From an uncultured bacterium (lineage in GTDB: Bacteria > Bacillota_I > Bacilli_A > RF39 > UBA660): a stretch of 64,000 nucleotides of DNA. This document shows positions 58,255 to 64,000 of this stretch, piece by piece. The stretch is from NCBI GenBank assembly GCA_905216155.1, contig CAJMSU010000003.1:6300-70299 (forward strand), read 5' to 3'. A program made the translations under genes and the position numbers. Within the stretch, counting starts at the first letter, position 1. Every line of letters starts with the position of its first letter. A model generated the notes under the pieces. That model searched no databases and was not told where the DNA came from. It worked only from the letters and a program-made list of their open reading frames with translations.

Positions 58255-58796
58255 ATAACCTCCTCCATATTTTCATATACTATTTCATCTGCTTGCTTAT
58301 ATAAATCATCTAATGAAGTATTATATATTGTATAATCAAATCCATCATAATCATTAACTTCACACTCTGTAATATGACTCTTTTCCTTATCAGTTAATCC
58401 ATCATCATAATCATATCTTACAATATGAATAATCTTTGTATCCTCATATCTTTTCTTTAACTCATTAAATTCATTAATCATTCTACCATCTGCAATAATA
58501 AAAACATCAAAAAAGTTTTTCAAAATTTCTATATCACTGCATAATCTATCTACCAAGAAATTTTTCAATCCTAATTTTTTTTGAATAACTTCTATTCCCA
58601 TCTCTTGTAAAAACTCTCTTGGCTTTTCATCTATATCACCATTCCAACTAAAATAATTTTTAGCATACTCATAAAGTGGTGTTGTGAAATGTAAAATACA
58701 GGCATTTTCATTATTCACATCAAATTTTTCCTTCATATATTTTCCTAAAATATCTTTACCACATCTAGCTTGTCCAGCTAATACAAAAATTTTCAT
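58251..58796 (-). CDS. Small P-loop kinase-like protein resembling phage-type dNMP kinases
   Basis: Walker A LAGQARCGKD (GxxRxGKD), ADGRMINEF, IIHIVR, SHITE, NTSLDDL, in the order I recall for T4 gp1-like kinases. First gene after the T-box leader. Confidence 0.45.
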   Translation of the reverse strand: MKIFVLAGQARCGKDILGKYMKEKFDVNNENACILHFTTPLYEYAKNYFSWNGDIDEKPREFLQEMGIEVIQKKLGLKNFLVDRLCSDIEILKNFFDVFIIADGRMINEFNELKKRYEDTKIIHIVRYDYDDGLTDKEKSHITECEVNDYDGFDYTIYNTSLDDLYKQADEIVYENMEEVI

Positions 58797-58812
58797 ATTT
58801 CCTCCTTTTACC

Positions 58813-58960
58813 CAAATAAAAGACCATAGCTAGGAGGACAAACAAGCCCGGTACCATCCTAGTTTGGTCTTAATTACTATAACGGTTTTAACCGATAAAA
58901 CTCATAAAGTAGCTTCTTAAGATATTATTGTTAATTTACACCATACATTAACTCTCTTTA
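58813..58960 (-). promoter_or_regulatory. T-box riboswitch leader, alanine specifier (GCU)
   Basis: Minus strand, in order: AGAGAG; GTTAAT..TGGTGTAAA..TTAAC hairpin; GAA-GCT-A specifier (58913-58911); F-box CCGTTA + AGTAA; T-box AACTAGGATGGTACCGGG (58864-58847). The terminator is AGACCAAACTAGGATGG/CCTCCTAGCTATGGTCT + TTTTATTT. Confidence 0.85.
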
Positions 58961-58998
58961 AATAATTAAATTCTTAATACTATTCTTTATTCATAGCC

Positions 58999-60156
58999 TT
59001 ATAAAATATTTTCTAATTCTTCACTTTTCACTAATTTTGTTTTTTCATTTATAAAAGTAATAATTACTTTAAGTGACGCTATTACAGGAGTTGCAATAAT
59101 CATACCTATAATACCAAAGAAATGTTGAAAAATCAATAGTCCTATCATAATAGTTACTGGATGTAATTTCATAGTATGTCCCATTATTAAAGGCTGATAA
59201 AAGTTATTTTCCAAAAGTTGAACAACAACTATAGATACTATACAAAATACACCAACAACCGGTGACATAGTAAATCCAACTATAACAGCCGGAATAGCAC
59301 CAATATACGGTCCAAAATATGGAATAACATCAGTAATTGCACAGAACAACGCAAACACTAAAGGTGCTTTCAAACCTGCTAAAGTAAGACCAATACTTTG
59401 TGTTATAAATACCAAAAACATTATTATTAAAACACCTTGTACATATCCTCTCAAAGAATTATTTACTCTTACCATTAATTCTTGAGCATTACCTCTCCAA
59501 TTTTTAGGCATAACTCCAAGTATATTTCTATTTAACTTATCAAAATCAAAAAGCATATAAAAACCAATCATTAATCCTAATATAAATGTTGCTCCACCAC
59601 TAATAACAGATGTAAAAACATTTATAAGTGTTTTAGGTAAATTAGTTGTAATTGAAGTTCCAATATTATTAATATATTCATATATATCTTTTTTATAAAC
59701 TGATAAATCATAAGATACAACCCCACTAGCATTACCAATAAAATTATTAACAAAATTTTTAAGTTCTTTTAATATTTCAGGAATACCACCAATAAAATCT
59801 TTTATTTGTCCAATAAAACTTGGCACTATCAAATAAATTATTAATGTTAAAAAAGAAAGAAAAACAATATATACAACTATACATCCTACTATCCTAGGAA
59901 CCTTTTTACCCTGTAACCATTTAACTAAAGGATCAAATAACCACGCAATAATAAGTCCTATAAATATAGGCAATATAACTATAAAAAAGTCTTTAATAAA
60001 AGAAAGTACATGCCACTCCTTTATTAAATATGTCCCAAATAAAATAAGACACATTATAATCATAAAAAAACTTATATTTAAAATCTTTTTTCCCAAACTA
60101 ATAACCTCATTAAGAGTTTCTATATCTAACTTGTTATTATCTTTTTTTCTAAACAT
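58999..60156 (-). CDS. AI-2E family transporter (PerM/UPF0118)
   Basis: 385 aa, about eight TM helices, conserved ...DVIPYFGPYIGAIP... block. Confidence 0.85.
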   Translation of the reverse strand: MFRKKDNNKLDIETLNEVISLGKKILNISFFMIIMCLILFGTYLIKEWHVLSFIKDFFIVILPIFIGLIIAWLFDPLVKWLQGKKVPRIVGCIVVYIVFLSFLTLIIYLIVPSFIGQIKDFIGGIPEILKELKNFVNNFIGNASGVVSYDLSVYKKDIYEYINNIGTSITTNLPKTLINVFTSVISGGATFILGLMIGFYMLFDFDKLNRNILGVMPKNWRGNAQELMVRVNNSLRGYVQGVLIIMFLVFITQSIGLTLAGLKAPLVFALFCAITDVIPYFGPYIGAIPAVIVGFTMSPVVGVFCIVSIVVVQLLENNFYQPLIMGHTMKLHPVTIMIGLLIFQHFFGIIGMIIATPVIASLKVIITFINEKTKLVKSEELENIL

Positions 60157-60238
60157 TTTTTCCTCCTACTTTAACAAATATTATAGCACATACTAGAAAT
60201 AAACTTCAATATAAAGTATAATATTTTTAGGTGATTAA

Positions 60239-60817
60239 ATGATTTCTATTAATAAAAGATTTAAAGGCGAATTAATTATTAAAAATTCTAAATTTATAAC
60301 TATAATAGATAGTTTCTATGATGATAGTAATTTGGACAATATTTTAAATGAAGTAAAAGGAAAATATCCAAAAGCTACACATTATTGTTATGCCTATATA
60401 ACAGAACATAAAAAGAAATCATCAGATGATAAAGAACCATCTGGTACTGCCGGCACACCTATATTAAATGTTTTAGAAAAAGAAAATATGATAAATATAA
60501 TTGCAATTGTAATAAGATATTTTGGTGGAATAAAACTAGGTGTCGGAGGATTAGTAAGAGCATATTCAAAATCAGTAAAAGATGTTTTAAAAATAGCTGA
60601 AACAATTGAAGTAATAAATGGATTTCAAGTAGAAATAACATTTCCTTATAATGAGCAAAAAAATATTGACTATATTTTAAAAAACAGAAAAATATTAAAT
60701 AAAGAATTTAAAGAAAATATAATCTATACTGCTTTATTAAATGAAAAAGATCTAAAAAAACTAAATAATTATAAAATTACTGTAATAAAAGAACTTTTAA
60801 TACAAAAAGAATACTAG
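60239..60817 (+). CDS. yigZ: YigZ / IMPACT-family protein (UPF0029)
   Basis: KFITIID...HYCYAY...DDKEPSGTAGTPIL...RYFGGIKLGVGGLVRAY. Confidence 0.8.
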   Translation: MISINKRFKGELIIKNSKFITIIDSFYDDSNLDNILNEVKGKYPKATHYCYAYITEHKKKSSDDKEPSGTAGTPILNVLEKENMINIIAIVIRYFGGIKLGVGGLVRAYSKSVKDVLKIAETIEVINGFQVEITFPYNEQKNIDYILKNRKILNKEFKENIIYTALLNEKDLKKLNNYKITVIKELLIQKEY

Positions 60818-60828
60818 AAATTTCTAGT
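60813..60828. terminator. Bidirectional terminator (perfect palindrome)
   Basis: ACTAGAAATTTCTAGT spans the yigZ stop and is followed by ATTTTTT. Lies between convergent genes. Confidence 0.7.
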
Positions 60829-60833
60829 ATTTT

Positions 60834-62246
60834 TTATGTAACTGTTATAGTAGCTGTTGTATTTAATTTACTAATAAATTCCTTTGCCCCATCGCTTCCA
60901 ACTATGATATTCATGCCAGATTTAGCCATAGAAAACATTCCGTCTGAAACTGATACATTATCAAAAGTAAATTTTTTAAGATTTAACGATGTTAATTTAT
61001 AGCAGTTTTGAAACATAAGTTTAACATTTGTTACGTTGAATGTATTAAAATTAGATAGATCAAGTTGTTGTAATGATTGACAATCTGCAAACATTCCATA
61101 CATATTAATAACATTTGATGTATCAAAACTATTAATATTCAATTCTGCTAATGATTTACAGCCATTAAACATATATGACATATTAGTTACATTACTAGTA
61201 TTAAAATTAGTTAAATTAAGATTAGTTAAAGACGAACAATTATAAAATAAAGACTCCATGATTGTTACTTTTTCTGTATTAAAGCCACTTAAATTAAGAC
61301 TTGTTAGATTACTACAACTTTGAAACATAGCAGCCATATTTGTCACATTACTGGTATCAAAACCATCTATATCTATACTTTCCAATTTTTGATTTCCTGC
61401 AAATAAACCCTTCATTGTAGTTGCATATTTTGTATCATAATTATCATTAAAAACAATACTATCAGCTTTAGTAAAAGCATAAAAAGCATATGATGAGTCA
61501 GTATTGGCTACTACTCCATTTATTCCTTCTATATATAATTTATATAATTGAGTATCTTCATCTAATACTGTCCATGCCATTACTGATCCATCTTTTTTAT
61601 CTGATGCATCCCATTTATCTACTACTTCATAACTTGGTTCTATATAATCTAAAAACTCTATTGACTCTATTTTTGATTTATCTAGTTGCTTATTAAATAT
61701 AACTGTAGTAGATGATGATTCTTTGGCTAAAACAGATTCTTTCTTTTTAAATTCAAATCCTATAGTAGAGTTTAATTCAGTATTTTCTGGTACCTCTGTT
61801 AATCCATCCTTATATTTAAAAGTTACTGTAAATGTATATTTTTCTCCATTACCATAAAATAGATTTCCTACTTTAAGTGATATATCATAAACTATATTTT
61901 CATTATCTCCCACTAAATTATTTATACTATCTAACACCATGGCAAGTGTTCCAATATTAGTAATTTCTCCCTGATATGCAATAGTTGAGTCAATATTTGG
62001 AAGTGATATATTTGTCATTATACTTTTCTTTTTATATTCTGAATTTATCTCTTTTGCACCATTTGTTGTACTCTTTAAATAATAATTAGTTACTCTAATA
62101 TCTTCTTTTACTCTAACTGCAATTTTTCCTTGCATTGAAAGCCTACTATTTAAAAAGGCATATCCTACACCAAGTAGTAACACAAAAACTACAATTAAGA
62201 AAATATAAATTTTTTCTTTATTCTTAATAAAATATAATCGTCCTAT
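60834..62246 (-). CDS. BspA/DUF285-type leucine-rich-repeat surface protein with N-terminal signal anchor (non-canonical start)
   Basis: C-terminal 26-aa repeats F(N/D)TSNVTNM..MF..C.SL..L(N/D)LS.. x5-6. Open frame runs from 62282. The only SD (GGGAGAG 62258-62252) precedes an ATA at 62246. The track GTG start (62183) cuts through the TM helix. Confidence 0.7.
   Translation of the reverse strand: MGRLYFIKNKEKIYIFLIVVFVLLLGVGYAFLNSRLSMQGKIAVRVKEDIRVTNYYLKSTTNGAKEINSEYKKKSIMTNISLPNIDSTIAYQGEITNIGTLAMVLDSINNLVGDNENIVYDISLKVGNLFYGNGEKYTFTVTFKYKDGLTEVPENTELNSTIGFEFKKKESVLAKESSSTTVIFNKQLDKSKIESIEFLDYIEPSYEVVDKWDASDKKDGSVMAWTVLDEDTQLYKLYIEGINGVVANTDSSYAFYAFTKADSIVFNDNYDTKYATTMKGLFAGNQKLESIDIDGFDTSNVTNMAAMFQSCSNLTSLNLSGFNTEKVTIMESLFYNCSSLTNLNLTNFNTSNVTNMSYMFNGCKSLAELNINSFDTSNVINMYGMFADCQSLQQLDLSNFNTFNVTNVKLMFQNCYKLTSLNLKKFTFDNVSVSDGMFSMAKSGMNIIVGSDGAKEFISKLNTTATITVT
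60924..61436 (-). repeat. Coding tandem repeats (about 78 bp / 26 aa LRR units)
   Basis: Five to six consecutive DUF285/BspA-like LRR units within the CDS. Confidence 0.7.
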
Positions 62247-62311
62247 AACTACTCTCCCAATTATATTATTTGTATCATATAGCTAAATTATAACATTTCT
62301 AAACAATTTTG

Positions 62312-62353
62312 AAAATAAAAAAACTAGACAGAAACAAAATTATCTAGTTTTTT
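62312..62353 (-). terminator. thyA terminator
   Basis: AAACTAGA/TCTAGTTT stem (14-nt loop) followed by a T run on the minus strand. Confidence 0.55.
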
Positions 62354-62360
62354 ACATTTA

Positions 62361-63212
62361 CTATATACCCAAATCAAATTTCATTTGAGGATTTTTCTTT
62401 TTTATTAGTTCTTTTGGATAATCAATAATTTTTACATCATCCGGTGTAAAGTCATAAAAATCCTTAACACTTGGATTAAGTTCTATTTTAGGCGTACAAG
62501 GAATAGACTCTCTAGATAATAGTTCTCTAGCTTGATTAACATGTCTATCATATATTTGAATATTATTATAAAACCATGTAAATCTACCAGGTTTTAAATC
62601 TAAGTGCCTAGCTATCATATGTTGAAATACTAAATACTGAACTTGATTTATACAACCAGCAGTTAGAAAATCACTTGATCTTTGAGTGAGAGACATATCT
62701 AAATAATCAATTCCATCTCTGCCATGTCTTACATTCCACTCTGTCATAAAAGCACAAGGCTTTAATCCATGATTATCTTTAAAATCTTTTTCTTGCCATA
62801 AACATATTATATGTCTTCTGCCATCTGGATCTTCTTTTAAACCTTTAATTAGTTTTTTGACCATGTCTTCTCTTCTTACAGTTTCACCATAACAAGAGCC
62901 AATTGTTCTGTTACCTATATCCCATTCATCCCACCAAGTAACACCATATTTATCTCTCAATAAATCTAGATTATTTGAAGCATCTTGATAAATCCATAGA
63001 AGTTCTCCAATACTTGACTTTGTTGCGATTGGTCTTAATGTTATTAATGGACTTTCATCTTTTGTTATATCATATGTACACATACCATGATTTACACTTA
63101 ATGTATGAGCTGGTGTTCCATCACTATACTTAGGCCTAGGATTTTTGTCAAGGCATCCTTCGTTTAATATTCTTTCAATTATTTCTTTTGTATATTTATC
63201 ACCTTTTGTCAT
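62361..63212 (-). CDS. thyA: Thymidylate synthase (B. subtilis ThyA-type)
   Basis: 283 aa. DGTPAHTLSV, RRHIICLWQ, catalytic LKPCAFMTEW, C-terminal NPSVKDFYDFTPDDVKIIDYP closely parallels Bacillus ThyA. Confidence 0.92.
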   Translation of the reverse strand: MTKGDKYTKEIIERILNEGCLDKNPRPKYSDGTPAHTLSVNHGMCTYDITKDESPLITLRPIATKSSIGELLWIYQDASNNLDLLRDKYGVTWWDEWDIGNRTIGSCYGETVRREDMVKKLIKGLKEDPDGRRHIICLWQEKDFKDNHGLKPCAFMTEWNVRHGRDGIDYLDMSLTQRSSDFLTAGCINQVQYLVFQHMIARHLDLKPGRFTWFYNNIQIYDRHVNQARELLSRESIPCTPKIELNPSVKDFYDFTPDDVKIIDYPKELIKKKNPQMKFDLGI

Positions 63213-63300
63213 AATACCTCCTAATCATTTACATAACTAGCATACTATATAAATTATGACTAGGCAATCGAACAAAGCAAATTATAAGAAAAAGATGATT

Positions 63301-63981
63301 TTAATAATCATCATTCTCATAATCATCATCATATTCATCTTTTTTGATGTTATCTTTTAATTTTTTTATATTATCACTATTTGCTTTTACTTCTAAATCA
63401 ACGTTTGTTTTATATTTATAAGTATAGAGTTTACCGTTTCTTAAATCATTTATTAAATCGTTTATTATTTTCTTGTTGTTTGTTTTTTTTATCTCATATT
63501 TAACTAATATTCCATCTTCGTTTTCTATAGTTAAATTTTTAATAGTATCATAATATTTAGCAGTAACTTCTATATTATTTCCTAGGCTATTATCTTCAAT
63601 ATAGTTAATGCTATCATAATATTCATGGATTATTAAATTATCTGTCATTTCAAATGTTTCTGTTAATTTGTTCTCTTTAACAGGTGCATCTTGACAAATA
63701 TTTAAATTTAATACCATCCATATAGTAAGTGCTACACCAATTGTACCTATAATAAATGATATAAGAAAAGCTATTAAACTTTTATTTTTATTTACTTTCA
63801 AGTTAATTATAAATTTTATAATTATAAGAGATATTAAAGTAGTAAATGCTGCTAATGACAAAGATATTAATATTGGCCCTATTAAAAATAGTTTTTTAAA
63901 TATTAATATAATTAATAATGTAAAAGAAATTATAGAAAAGAAATCAATTGTTATAATTGGAAATAAGAATAGTATTAACAT
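63301..63981 (-). CDS. Membrane protein with acidic tail (hypothetical)
   Basis: Three to four TM helices, then a soluble domain and a DDDYENDDY tail. No in-frame stop is visible between ATG 63981 and the window edge, so the N-terminus is uncertain. Confidence 0.45.
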   Translation of the reverse strand: MLILFLFPIITIDFFSIISFTLLIILIFKKLFLIGPILISLSLAAFTTLISLIIIKFIINLKVNKNKSLIAFLISFIIGTIGVALTIWMVLNLNICQDAPVKENKLTETFEMTDNLIIHEYYDSINYIEDNSLGNNIEVTAKYYDTIKNLTIENEDGILVKYEIKKTNNKKIINDLINDLRNGKLYTYKYKTNVDLEVKANSDNIKKLKDNIKKDEYDDDYENDDY

Positions 63982-64000
63982 AAACTTAATAAAAATAGTA

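Noticed and set aside
60924-61436. Regularly spaced ~78-bp DNA repeats as a CRISPR-like or satellite array
   Set aside because: They are in frame inside a long ORF and encode 26-aa BspA/DUF285 leucine-rich repeats, so they are coding repeats.

Overview
Very AT-rich, gene-dense chromosomal backbone from a low-GC endospore-forming Firmicute with a reduced-looking genome. The genetic code is standard: Trp is TGG and TGA acts as a stop (13026-13028). I support about 60 protein genes. Housekeeping: gltX, murI, two plsC-like genes, rlmD-type methyltransferase, rarA, xerD, deoB, xseAB, nusB, mutS, murC, the hrcA-grpE-dnaK-(pepF)-dnaJ operon, rsmD, parEC, holA, alaS, thyA. Sporulation and germination: GerxA plus a truncated GerxC, spoIIM, spoIVB, DUF421, DUF1540, a YjcZ-like micro-ORF, ylbD/E/F-like genes. 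Transport and stress: ZIP, MgtC, AI-2E, and oleate hydratase with a TetR gene. Not in the ORF track but visible in the DNA: tRNA-Arg(CCG) and tRNA-Thr(GGU) flanking a decayed GNAT gene; a compact Ala-specific T-box leader; two CIRCE operators around a perfect sigmaA promoter; many extended -10 promoters (TGnTATAAT); and many rho-independent terminators. I found no rRNA, CRISPR, transposase, prophage or recognisable defence system. The most unusual loci are these. (1) The Ala T-box is followed by two small P-loop kinase-like genes before alaS-holA. (2) A pilin-like-anchored discoidin/ricin lectin-type surface protein sits between rsmD and hrcA. (3) A BspA/DUF285 LRR surface protein has no canonical start codon ahead of its signal anchor. 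(4) A 640-bp ORF-free, almost pure A/T region with internal repeat modules precedes the YjcZ-like ORF. (5) An orphan amidoligase-like gene. All functional calls come from motif recognition by eye and need profile searches to confirm.
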